A stretch of 64,000 bases of DNA from Pristiophorus japonicus (taxonomy: Eukaryota): the NCBI RefSeq assembly GCF_044704955.1, contig NC_091990.1, positions 7,626,001 through 7,690,000 on the forward strand. Direction: 5' to 3'. Below the pieces are notes generated by a model. It was given only the letters and a program-made list of their open reading frames with translations, searched no databases and had not been told where the DNA came from. Shown piece after piece: positions 37,932 through 48,992 of the stretch; the stretch's first letter is position 1, and each line of letters opens with the position of its first letter. The position numbers and the translations under genes were made by a program.

Positions 37932-39060
37932 ATCTTCTTGATATATATTAATGACTTAGACTTGGATGTACAGGACATAAGACTTGAATCTATAGTGAAC
38001 AGTGAGGAGGATAGTGTTAGACTTCAAGAGGACATGGACAAGCTGCTGGAATGGTCAGACACGTGGCAGATTAAATTTAACGCAGAAAAGTGCAGAGTGA
38101 TACATTTTGGTAGGAAGAACGAGGAGAGCCAATATAACTTAAAGTGTACAATTCTAAAGGGGGTGCATGAACAGAGAGATCTGGGGGTATGTGTGCAAAA
38201 ATCATTGAAGGTGGCAGGGCAGGTTGAGAAAGCAGTTAAAAAAGCATACGGGATCCTGGGCTACATAAATAGAGGCACAGAGTACAAAAGCAAGGAAGTT
38301 ATGATGAACCTGTATAAAACACTGGTTTGGCCTCAACTGGAGTATTGTGTCCAATTCTGGGCACCACACTTTAGGAAGGATGTGAAGGCCTTAGAGAGGG
38401 TGCAGAAAAGATTTACGAGAATGGTTCCAGGGATGAGGGACTTCAGTTACGTGGATAGACTGGAGAAGCTGGGGTTGTTCTCCTTGGAGCAGAGAAGGTT
38501 GAGAGGAGATTTGATCGAGGTGTTCAAAATCACGAGGGGTCTGGACAGGGTAGATCGAGAGAAACTGTTCCCATTGGTGGAAGGGTCGAGAACCAGAGGA
38601 CACAGATTTAAGATGATCGGCAAAAGAACCAAAGGCGACATGAGGAAAAACCTTTTATGCAACAAGTTGTTTGGATCTGGAATGCATCATCATAGGCAGT
38701 CCCTTGTATCGGGGATGATTTGCTTTCATGCCAAAAAGGGATGAGTTCACAGGTGTTTCAATGAAGGACCTAATATTCCGGATCCCGAACTGCATCCTGA
38801 AGGGTGGAAGATGCCTGTGCATGGATTTTTTTAACATGTGGTGACTGTTGCACACCAGCCACCAGTACTGCCTGAAAGGATGGTGGAGGCAGATTCAATT
38901 GTGGCTTTCAAAAGGGAATTGGATAAGTACCTGAAGGGAAAAAAATTGCAGAGCTATGGAGAAAGGGCGGGGGAGTGGGACTGGCTGAAGTGCACTTGCA
39001 GAGAGCCGGCACGGGCTCGATGGGCCGAGTGGCTTCCTGTGCTGTAACCGTTCTGTGATT
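37932..39060 (+). mobile_element. CR1 3' fragment interrupted by an RTE-related short element (about 38685-38864, minus)
   Basis: Encodes EQRDLGV...LEYCVQFWAPH...RGDLIEVFK. Confidence 0.85.
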
Positions 39061-39469
39061 TTTTTTAAAAGGACACAGTACCCGAGGACGAGGAATCAGA
39101 CCAGGAGAAAACTATAAGCCTTAACAATAAAATCCAAATGCCAAGTTTAAGTACCGTATGATCAATGTACCAACTAGATGAACTATTTGTGCTTGTCAAT
39201 CGATTCATGAAGAAGTCAATCTTATTGCAATCTAAACAATAAAAAAGTTCTGAAGGAGTCACCAGAGGCTCAAACACCACACACCTGAAGCATGGGGTGG
39301 GCAGACTAAACGTGGAGTAAGAGAGCCATGTGCCTTCAAATGATAGTCCAGGAGGAGGACATTTGTGACGTATCTCTGGATAACCTCAGAAATTGAGTAT
39401 GTGAAAGCAAATGGCATTGGTTTAATCATTTGGCCCATCGTGCCTGAACCGGCTCTTTGATAGAGATAT

Positions 39470-39815
39470 CCAATCAGTGCCACTCTTCCCTGCTCCAATC
39501 AGTGCCACTCCCCCCTGCTCCAATCAATCCCACTCTCCCCTGCTCCAATCAGTGCCACTCTCCCCTGCTCCAGTCAATCCCACTCTCCCCTGCTCCAATC
39601 AGCGCCACTCTCCCCTGCTCCAATCAGCACCAATCTCCCCTGCTCCAATCAGTCCCAACTCTCCCCTGCTCCAATCAGCGCCACTCTCCCCTGCTCCAAT
39701 CAGCGCCATTCTCCCCTGCTCCAATCAGTGCCACTCCCCCCTACTCCAATCAGTGGCACTCCCCCCTACTCCAATCAGTTGCACTCTCCCCTGCTCCAAT
39801 CAGTCTCACTCCCCC
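39470..39815. repeat. 25-nt minisatellite CCAATCAGTGCCACTCTCCCCTGCT, about 14 copies
   Basis: CCAATC recurs at 39470, 39495, 39520, 39545 and onward. Flanks resemble a reversed CR1 3' end. Confidence 0.95.
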
Positions 39816-39845
39816 ACACTTTCCCCACAGTCCTGCAAGCATTTC

Positions 39846-41640
39846 CCTATCTGGGAGTCTACCTTAGCCCCGACGAGGAAGCCTGGCTGGCGAACTGGCA
39901 AGAGCTGGAGGCCAAGGTCGCCGCTCGCCTAGGGCGCTGGACAGGACTGCTCCGAGTGCTGTCCTTCAGGGTTCGAGCGCTAGTCGTAAACCAGCTGGTG
40001 GCCGCCATGTTGTGGTACCGGCAGGTCACTTTGACCCCTCCCCCTGCGTTTGTCGCCAGGATACAGAAGAAGCTGGTGGACTTCTTCTGGAACAACAGGA
40101 AGCACTGGGTCTCTGCCGCGGTCTTGAGTCTCCCGCTTAGGGAGGGCGGTCAGTCGTTGGTGTGCGTCAGTACCCAGCTAGCGACTTTCCATCTTCAGAC
40201 TCTGCAGAGATACCTTTACGTCGAGCCCCCTCCTAGGTGGCGTGCTCTGGAGACGTATTTCTTCCGCCAGCAGCACGGCCTCAACTACGACACACAGCTC
40301 CTGTTTGTGAGCTTGGGGGGGCTTCAGGACCGCCGTCCAGGAGCTGCCTGTCTTTTACAAAGAACTCACCAGGGTCTGGAACAAAGTCTCCACCAAGCGC
40401 AGCTCTCCACCGGCTGGAGTGGCGGCTGTCCTGCAGGAGCCGCTGCTCGGGAATCCGTACCTCCACGACCGAGATTTTAGGTGGCAGTCGGACGAGAGGG
40501 CTGTGGCTGGTGAGGTGACCAGGGTCAGGGACCTGCCCGATGGCGGAGGAGCGGGCTGGATGGCGCTAAAAACAGCTCTGGGCCCTGACTCCGTTAGGTG
40601 CATCGAGGAGGCTCAAGCACGTGGGGAGATCCCGTCCGAACTGACCCCCGTCCGGACGGAATTCCTCATTGGCGCCAAACACCGGAACCTCCCTCGGGGG
40701 CCGGCGCCTCACAACTTGAGCCGCCTCGGGGAAATCCCCTCCGTGCCCTTCAGTTCCGCGCGGAGGGGTTTCCTGTACGGGCTGCTCCTGCACACTCTCA
40801 ACTTTGCCATCCTCGCCTGCCGTCCGGACACGCCATGGCGTACCATCCTACCGTCCGGAGGAGGCGGGGGTCCCCGATGGAGGGCACTCTACGCAGGGGT
40901 CCTCCCACTATTCATCGGGGACTTGGCCTGGAGGGTGGTGCACGGAGCAGTGCCGTGCAATAAATTTTTAAGCCGGTTCACGGACTCCCAGGCCGCCTGC
41001 AATTTCTGCGGTCTGGAGGAGTCCGTGTTCCATGTTTTTATTGAATGCACGAGGTTGCAGCCCCTGTTCCATTATATAAAGGGGCTGCTCCTGAAATTCT
41101 GGCTGCACTTCAGTCCCACTCTCCTGATCTTTGGGCACCCTGTGCGGAGGGGAGCGGGTAGGTCCGAAGGCCTCCTCGTAGGACTGCTCCTGGGCACGGC
41201 CAAGGGTGCCATCAGCCGGTCCAGGCAGCGGGCGGTCGAGGGGGTCGTTCAACCTGACTGCCTGCCTCTCTTCCGCTCTTACATCCGGTCCAGGGTGTCC
41301 TTGGAGATGGAGCACGCGGTGTCCACCGGTACGCTCGCGGCCTTCCGTGAGAGGTGGGCACCGGAGGGACTGGAGTGCATCATCACGCCCGGCAACCAAA
41401 TTTTAATTTGATTTTACGTTTTTAAGTTTAATTTGTTTTAATTGCTGGTGCTTTTAGTGTCCCCCTCCCCTTTTATAGGGGGCACTGGGGAAAAATTGTG
41501 ATTTTAGTGCCCAAAAAAAAAACCAAAAAAAGAAAAACACAAAAAAAAAACCAAGGGGCCTTGTAAATGTCTGGTGTGTCACCCAGGTCGGGTAGCACAG
41601 TTTAATGTTTTTTGTTTTGCAGATAAACTCCAAAAAGAGT
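39846..41640 (+). mobile_element. Tx1-clade copy A (5'-truncated, post-RT ORF2 and 3' UTR)
   Basis: YLGVYLSPDEE...ECIITPGNQILI*, ends ...AAAAGAGT followed by TTCATGC. Confidence 0.95.
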
Positions 41641-41645
41641 TTCAT

Positions 41646-41956
41646 GCTCGCGGCCTTCCGCGAGAGGTGGGCACCGGAGGGACTGGAGTGCATCATCACG
41701 CCCGGCAACCAAATTTTAATTTGATTTTACGTTTTAAAGTTTAATTTGTTTTAATTGCCGGTGCTTTTAGTGTCCCCCTCCCCTTTTATAGGGGGCACTG
41801 GAAAATTTTTTGATTTTAGCGCCCCAAAAAAAAAAGAAAAACACAAAAAAAAAAAGGAGGAAAAAAAAAAGGGCCTTGTAAATGTCTGGTGTGTCACCCA
41901 GGTCGGGTGTCACGGTTTAATGTTTTTTTGTTTTGCAGATAAACTCCAAAAAGAGT
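41646..41956 (+). mobile_element. Tx1-clade copy B (about 310-bp 3' end)
   Basis: Repeats the ORF2 end and 3' UTR, followed by TTCATGCACAAGGA (41957-41970). Confidence 0.93.
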
Positions 41957-42882
41957 TTCATGCACAAGGAACCAATCGTGGAGCAGTGGAGGCGTGTCCT
42001 GCACAGTTGGAGCTGAGCTGCAGTGAGGAGAGGAGCTACCAACTTTTGCTCCTGCCTTTGAAGGCCTGGAGAGCCCTGAGAACAGCCCAGGAAGAGAAGG
42101 AAGGAAGGGGCTTCACCACCAACTTTCACCCAGGGGGAGAGGAGGAAAAAGCAGAAAACTTTTAACAACTTTTTACCATTTCTGCAAAGAGTTGAAGAGA
42201 GGGGGAAAGACCAACAACAACATCCAGTGTGGAAGGAGGGAGACTCTACCATTCTACAGGTGGGTGTGGGTGCATTTCCCAAAAAGACTTTGTTGTATCG
42301 GTGGGGGGAGGAAAGAAGACCACTGAGGGCCGGAACATCGCGGGGGGTGTGTGTGTGTGGAAAGTGTGTGTGGGAGTCTTGCCTACAACTAGGCCCCACA
42401 CACAATTGAACCCCCCCCCCCCCCAATTGCCTAGCCTGGGATAGCTGGAGCTACCAGGCTGAAGATTTCATTTCTTTAATCACCCATTTAACATCGTTAG
42501 GAGTGTGTGCCTGGTGGCCCAGGTGAAGACATCTTCTCCCCCCACCCGAAGACCACCCCAAAGACTATTTTGTGTTTTGCCATCTGGGGATTGCACCCAC
42601 CCACAGCTGCGAGGGGAGACCTGCCCTCGCAGTTCCCCCCCCCCTTCCCACCCCCCTCTCTCTTTCTCTGTTTCTCCCCTCTCTCTCTGAGAGCCCTTCC
42701 TTCCAGATTGGAAAAAACAATTGAGACAACTGAGCAGAGGGAGCAAGGCCCCTCCCCAATTGCCAACTAGGGGAGAGGTGTGCCTCGTTAAGAGCTCCTC
42801 CGCTCAGTCTATATACGAGGCCAATTAAGACCATTAAGGGCTGTGACTTTGGGGTGGGTGTAGCCCTTAAAGGGACCCCGTG

Positions 42883-44985
42883 ATGGCGACCCCATCCACG
42901 CCGGTGGCAGGGCCAGCGAGGACTTATGCGCAGGTGGCAACCGCTTCCACGGCACCTCCTGCGCCACCCGCTGCCCTGCCACCATTCAAACTAATAACAA
43001 AAAAACACGGGGTCAAGAGCGACACTCACCCCACAATGAGCATTGAGGAGTGCGTGCGGGCGATGGCTGGGGTAGTCGGCCCCTCGGCCATTGTTGCAGC
43101 CTCCAAGATGTCTGGGGAGGCTGTGTTCTTCCTGGGGTCGGAGCGGGCGGTGTCCCTGGCCCTCGAAAAGGGGCTCACGGTGGGCGGGACGTTCCTGCCG
43201 GAGGATCCTCTCGAGGCCACCGCGCAGAGGGTCATCATATCAAACGTCCCGCCCTTTGTTCCCGCTGAGCTCCTCCTCCCTCACCTACACCAACTGGGGG
43301 AGGTAAGGTCAGGGATCAACCCCATACCGCTCGGCCTCAGGGAGAACAGCCTGCGCCACGTGTTCTCCTTCCGCCGCCAGCTCTTTGTCCGGCTGGCGCG
43401 GGAGGAGACGACAGAGGGGTATTTTAATGTGGTGCACGAGGGGACTGCCTACCGCGTCTTCTGGACGTCGGACGGCGTGCGGTGCCATGCCTGCAGAGAG
43501 GTGGGGCACGTTCGCAAGAACTGCCCCGCCTCCAAGGCCGCCAAACCACCGAAGGCGGCCAAGGCTGGCGCCGCCGCCACCCCTCCTCCTAGTTGCGTCC
43601 GCGTGCCGGGAGCCGTAGGTGCGCGGGCATCGTCGGGGGCCTTTGTTTTCACGGCCTCCGGCGGGGGGGAGGGAGAGCGTCCGATCGAAAAGAAGGCGCG
43701 GAAGAAGACGAGACATCTAGAGGCGGGTCCCCTCAGTGCGCCAGAAAGTTTGACCACCGCGCTCAGCCCAACCCCGTCACCGACGAGCGCGGGGTGCCCT
43801 GAGCCCGTGCCCGAGCCCTTGACCAATACCGCAGAGGGGCTCGGGCGAGGGCAAGATAAGGAAAAGAGGGGGGCGGAGCGGGAGGCCTCGGCAGACATGG
43901 AGGTCTCCCTGCCTCCGCGCACCCCCAGGAACAAAAGGAGGCGCCGCTCCGATGAGGCGGAGGGGGAACAACATCCCTCCGCGGAGGAGGCGGTGCCCGC
44001 CGCGTGTCCCGCGTCCCCCACCAGCGCCCCCAAATTGCGCTGTAGGCGGGAGGAGTCTGTCCCCGGGGAGGGTGAGGCAGTCGAGGCTGCCCAGCCGCTG
44101 CCTCCTGGGGATGGAGTGGAGGATCTGCCCGTCGTGGGGGGCGTGGGGACCGCGGAAGAATGCGTAGCCGCCGGGTCGAGCGTCCCGGGGACTGAGGCGG
44201 GCGAGGCCGAAAAGGCCGAACCTGAGCCCGCCCAGCCAATACCCAACTTCCCCCGGGATTTGCTCGACTCGGCAGAAACTGACACTGCAAACAATTTTAA
44301 CATACATCCACACGCTGGGCCGGGGGGTGGCGGCGGGGAGGGGGAAGAACAACAACCCTCGCCCCCTACTTTGGAGCTGAGGGACTTGGTGGACCTGGAG
44401 AACTTCCTAAACTGGGTCTCTCCGTGTTCCCCGGCTCCTGGGGCGGAGGAGGAACCCCTTCCGCTGTCGCTTCCCGACCCAGCACCAATTTTAAAAGAGC
44501 CCAGTGGGGACTCCTCTGCCGACGATCCTGGGGGTGGGATCGGGGCAGAGCCAGGGCCAGATGGAGCGGCCGGGCCGTTTGCCGTACCTCGTGCGGTCGA
44601 CGGGCCGGCTGCTAGCGGCGACCTCCCGGAGGGGGACGGGGACTCGGTGGGGGACGCGGGTGAAGATCTCGAGTCCATCGCCAGTGAGGCGGTGGATCTG
44701 CTCGCGGCCGCCACTGAGACCCTCCTCATTCCCGCAGAGGAACTCCGGGACTTTTTGGTCCAGTGCCGGGGTCGCCGCGACCAAGCCCGTCTGGCCCTGG
44801 AAAGATGGTCCGAGCCGGGGCTGCTCGTCGCGTCCGTCCGCGCCGCCGCTAAAACCATGGCCGCGGGCGGGCCCTTATCAAAGGCTCAAGGCCTTGAGCT
44901 GCGCCGGCTCAAAAAGTTCCTCGCTGGGCTGCTGAAGGAGCGGAGGTCAACAAAAGACTCCGCTTCCTCCCCCACAATAGGTTAG
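42883..44985 (+). CDS. Tx1 ORF1, gag-like zinc-knuckle nucleic-acid-binding protein (700 aa)
   Basis: Open frame with IISNVPPFV...RHVFSFRRQ (Tx1 ORF1-like), CHACREVGHVRKNC (CX2CX4HX4C) and a long Pro/Glu-rich tail. Confidence 0.9.
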   Translation: MATPSTPVAGPARTYAQVATASTAPPAPPAALPPFKLITKKHGVKSDTHPTMSIEECVRAMAGVVGPSAIVAASKMSGEAVFFLGSERAVSLALEKGLTVGGTFLPEDPLEATAQRVIISNVPPFVPAELLLPHLHQLGEVRSGINPIPLGLRENSLRHVFSFRRQLFVRLAREETTEGYFNVVHEGTAYRVFWTSDGVRCHACREVGHVRKNCPASKAAKPPKAAKAGAAATPPPSCVRVPGAVGARASSGAFVFTASGGGEGERPIEKKARKKTRHLEAGPLSAPESLTTALSPTPSPTSAGCPEPVPEPLTNTAEGLGRGQDKEKRGAEREASADMEVSLPPRTPRNKRRRRSDEAEGEQHPSAEEAVPAACPASPTSAPKLRCRREESVPGEGEAVEAAQPLPPGDGVEDLPVVGGVGTAEECVAAGSSVPGTEAGEAEKAEPEPAQPIPNFPRDLLDSAETDTANNFNIHPHAGPGGGGGEGEEQQPSPPTLELRDLVDLENFLNWVSPCSPAPGAEEEPLPLSLPDPAPILKEPSGDSSADDPGGGIGAEPGPDGAAGPFAVPRAVDGPAASGDLPEGDGDSVGDAGEDLESIASEAVDLLAAATETLLIPAEELRDFLVQCRGRRDQARLALERWSEPGLLVASVRAAAKTMAAGGPLSKAQGLELRRLKKFLAGLLKERRSTKDSASSPTIG

Positions 44986-45010
44986 GTAGAGGTTGCACTA
45001 TGCTTTTGCC

Positions 45011-48000
45011 ATGAAGATAACCATAGCCAGCCTCAACATCAACGGCGGCAGAGGGGCACGCCGTAGATTTGACAATTTTTCGCTCCTGCGGGAGGGGAAA
45101 TATGCGGTGTGCTTCCTGCAAGAAACCCACACCGTTCCGGGAGACGAAGCCACGTGGCTCCTGGAATGGCAAGGAGAAGTCCGCATGAGCCACCTCACCG
45201 CCACTTCTAGTGGGGTGGCCATCTTGCTGGGCCCGCATTTTCAGCCGGAGATCTTGGGGGTCGAGGAGCCCATGCCAGGCCGCTTGCACGTAACGGTTCG
45301 CCTGGGGGACGTGCCGCTCCATCTCGTGAACGTGTACGCCCCTCATCCCGGCCCGCAGCAAACGCGCTTCTTCGAAGAAGTGTCCACTCTTCTTGGCTCC
45401 TTCGACGTCGGCGACTGTATTGTCCTCGGGGGGGATTTTAACTGCACCCTCGAGGCGAGGGACCGCTCCGGTGCCCCGCAGTGCATGACGGCGATGGAGA
45501 AGTTGAGGGACCTGGTCGGGTCCTTCAACTTGGTGGACGTCTGGCGAAATCTCCACCCCGACTCCAGCGCCTTTACTTGGGTGAGGCCTGGAGTTGGATG
45601 GTCTAGAGTCGACCGCCTTTACGTGTCTCGGGCGTACATTTCCTGCGTCCCGGCGGCCTCCATGCGGCCGGTGCCATGTTCGGACCACCACCTGGTGTGG
45701 GCGGAGCTCGCTTCGCTCCGCGCGAGGACGGGGTCCGCGTACTGGCACTTTAACAACCGGCTGCTGGAGGACGTGCGGTTCCAGGACTCGTTCCGTCGAT
45801 TCTGGTCCGACTGGAGAAGGAAGCAGGGGGGCTTCCCCTCCTTGAGGCTATGGTGGGACGTGGGCAAGGCTCACGTCCACGTCTTCTGTCAAGAGTACGC
45901 GAGGGGGTCGACCAAGAGGCGGGCGGCCAGAGTCGGGCGCCTAGAAAAAGAGGTGCTCGACCTGGAAGCCCGTCTCGGTCAAGTCGTCCAGGACCCGGCC
46001 CTGCGGACGGTGTACGAAGCGAAGAAGGCCGCGCTGAAGGACCTGCAGCTCGTCGGGTCCCGAGGCGCATTCATGAGGTCGCGGATCCGGTTCCTGCGGG
46101 ATCTGGACCGCGGCTCCCCCTTCTTCTACTCGCTGGAAAAAAGGCAGAGTGTCCGTAAGCAGCTCTTGACGCTGCTGGCCGACGACGGCTCTCTCGTCTC
46201 GGATCCGGAGGGTGTCAACAACAGGGTCCGTGAATATTACGGGGCTCTGTTCTCTCCGGATCCGTCCAGCGAGGAAGCGCGTAGAGTTTTGTGGGAGGAC
46301 CTGCCGAAGGTCAGCCCGGAGGGCGCCGAAAATCTGGAAGCTCCGCTAAGCCTGGCGGAGCTGACCGGTGCCCTCGCCCGGCTCTCGAGGGGAAAATCCC
46401 CGGGGCTGGACGGGCTGACCGTGGAGTTCCACAGGGCGTTCTGGGACGTCCTGGGGAGCGACTACGCGTGGGTCCTGGGGGAAAGTCTGGCGACCGGGGA
46501 GATGCCCCTCTCTTGGCGCAGGGCAGTCATCGTCCTGCTGCCTAAGAAGGGCGATCTCCGCCTCCTTAAGAACTGGTGCCCGGTCTCCCTCCTCAGCACG
46601 GACTACAAAATCTTCGCCAGGGCGATGTCTGCTCGCCTTGGTGCCGTGCTGGACCACATGATCCACCCCAACCAGTCCTACACGGTCCCGGGCCGGACAA
46701 TCCACGATAACATCCATCTGGTCCGGGACCTCATCCATTGTTCCCAGGAGGCTGGTCTGTCGGTCGCCTTCCTATCCCTCGACCAAGAGAAGGCGTTCGA
46801 CAGGGTGGATCACGATTATCTGCTCGGAACTCTGCGCGCTTTCGGGTTCGGGACGCATTTCGTCGCCCGGATCCGACTTTTGTACGCCGCCGCGGAGTGT
46901 CTGATTAAGGTTAACGGGTCCTTGACGGCGCCCTTAGGGCGTTGGACAGGACTGCTCTGAGTGCTGTCCTACAGGGGTCGAGCGCTAGTCATAAACCAGC
47001 TGGTGGCCGCAATGCTGTGGTACCGGCTGGTCACTTTGACCCCTCCCCCTGCGTTTGTCGCCAAGATACAGAAGAAGCTGGTGGACTTCTTCTGGAACAA
47101 CAGGAAGCACTGGGTCTCTGCTGCAGTCTTGAGTCTCCCGCTTGAGGAGGGCGGTCAGTCGTTGGTGTGCGTCAGCGCCCAGCTCGCGACTTTCCGTCTT
47201 CAGACCCTGCAGAGATACCTTTACGTCGAGCCCCCTCCTAGGTGGCGTGCTCTGGCGACGTATTTCTTCCGCCAGCAGCGCGACCTCAATTACGACACGC
47301 AGCTCCTGTTTGTGAACTTGGGGGGCGTCAGGACCGCCCTCCGGGAGCTGCCTGTCTTTTACAGGGAACTCATCAGGGTCTGGAACAAAGTCTCCACCAA
47401 GCGCAGCTCTCCGCCGGCTGGAGTGGCGGCCGTCCTGCAGGAGCCGCTGCTCGGGAATCCGTACCTCCACGACCGAGGTTTTATGTGGCGGTCGGAAGAG
47501 AGGGCTGTGGCTGGTGAGGTGACCAGGGTCAGGGACCTGCTCGATGGCGGAGGAGCGGGCTGGATGGCGCCAGACATGCTGGCGCGGCGCCTAAATTCTG
47601 CCAACGTCCGCCACGCGGCCGATGCCATCGAGTCGCTAAAAGCAGCTCTGGGCCCTGACTCCGTTAGGTGCATCGAGGAGGCTCAAGCACATGGGGAGAT
47701 CCCGTCCGAACTGACCCCCGTCCGGACGGAATTCCTCATTGGCGCCAAACACCGGAACCTCCCTCGGGGGCCGGCGCCTCACAACTTGAGCCGCCTCGGG
47801 GAAATCCCCTCCGTGCCCTTCAGTTCCGCGCGGAGGGGTTTCCTGTACGGGCTGCTCCTGCACACTCTCAACTTTGCCATCCTCGCCTGCCGTCCGGACA
47901 CGCCATGGCGTACCATCCTGCCGTCCGGAGGAGGCGGGGGTCCCCGATGGAGGGCACTCTACGCAGGGGTCCTCCCACTATTCATCGGGGACTTGGCCTG

Positions 48001-48481
48001 GAGGGTGGTGCACGGAGCAGTGCCGTGCAATAAATTTTTAAGCCGGTTCACGGACTCCCAGGCCGCCTGCAATTTCTGCGGTCTGGAGGAGTCCGTGTTC
48101 CATGTTTTTATTGAATGCATGAGGTTGCAGCCCCTGTTCCATTATATGAAGGGGCTGCTCCTGAAATTCTGGCTGCACTTCAGTCCCACTCTCCTGATCT
48201 TTGGGCACCCTGTGCGGAGGGGAGCGGGTAGGTCCGAAGGCCTCCTCGTAGGACTGCTCCTGGGCACGGCCAAGGGTGCCATCAGCCTGTCCAGGCAGCG
48301 GGCGGTCGAGGGGGTCGTTCAACCTGACTGCCTGCCTCTCTTCCGCTCTTACATCCGGTCCAGGGTGTCCTTGGAGATGGAGCACGCGGTGTCCACCGGT
48401 ACGCTCGCGGCCTTCCGCGAGAGGTGGGCACCGGAGGGACTGGAGTGCATCATCACGCCCGGCAACCAAATTTTAATTTGA
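45011..48481 (+). pseudogene. Tx1 ORF2 (APE endonuclease, RT, zinc motif), disabled
   Basis: SLNING, LQETH, GGDFN, SRVD and SDH endonuclease motifs. In-frame loss of the QG/YADD region relative to 32943-33368, and TGA at 46958-46960 where the other copies have CGA. Confidence 0.92.
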
Positions 48482-48718
48482 TTTTACGTTTTAAAGTTTA
48501 ATTTGATTTAATTGCCGGTGCTTTTAGTGTCCCCCTTCCCTTTTAAAGGGGGCACTGGGGAAAAATTGTGATTTTAGTGCCCAAAAAAAAAACCAAAAAA
48601 AGAAAAACACAAAAAAAAAGGAGGAAAAAAAAAGGGCCTTGTAAATGTCTGGTGTGTCACCCAGGTCGGGTGGCACGGTTTAATGTTTTTTGTTTTGCAG
48701 ATAAACTCCAAAAAGAGT

Positions 48719-48992
48719 TTCATGCAAAAGGACCCCCGGGTCCCTCTGCACCGTAGCATGTTGTAATTTCTCCTCATTCAAATAATATTCCCTTTTACTG
48801 GTTTTTTTTCCAAGGTGGATGACCTCACATTTTCCGACATTGTATTCCATCTGCCAAACCTCAGCCCATTCGCTTAACCTATCCAAATCTCTTTGCAGCC
48901 TCTCTGTGTCCTCTACACAACCCGCTTTCCCACTAATTTTTGTGTCAGTTGCAAATTTTGTTACACTACACTCTGTCCCCTCTTCCAGATCA
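48719..48992 (-). mobile_element. CR1 RT fragment forming the target flank of the Tx1 stack
   Basis: Reverse complement is near-identical to 30960-31234. Confidence 0.92.

Larger units (their letters stand above)
41971..48718 (+). mobile_element. Tx1-clade LINE copy C, apparently full length at both ends
   Basis: About 0.9-kb 5' UTR, ORF1, ORF2 and 3' UTR. Flanked by TTCATGCACAAGGA and TTCATGCAAAAGGA (14 bp, 1 mismatch). Confidence 0.93.

Noticed and set aside
43449-44858. 469-aa antisense ORF within Tx1 ORF1
   Set aside because: Shadow frame of GC-rich coding sequence with no recognisable domain.
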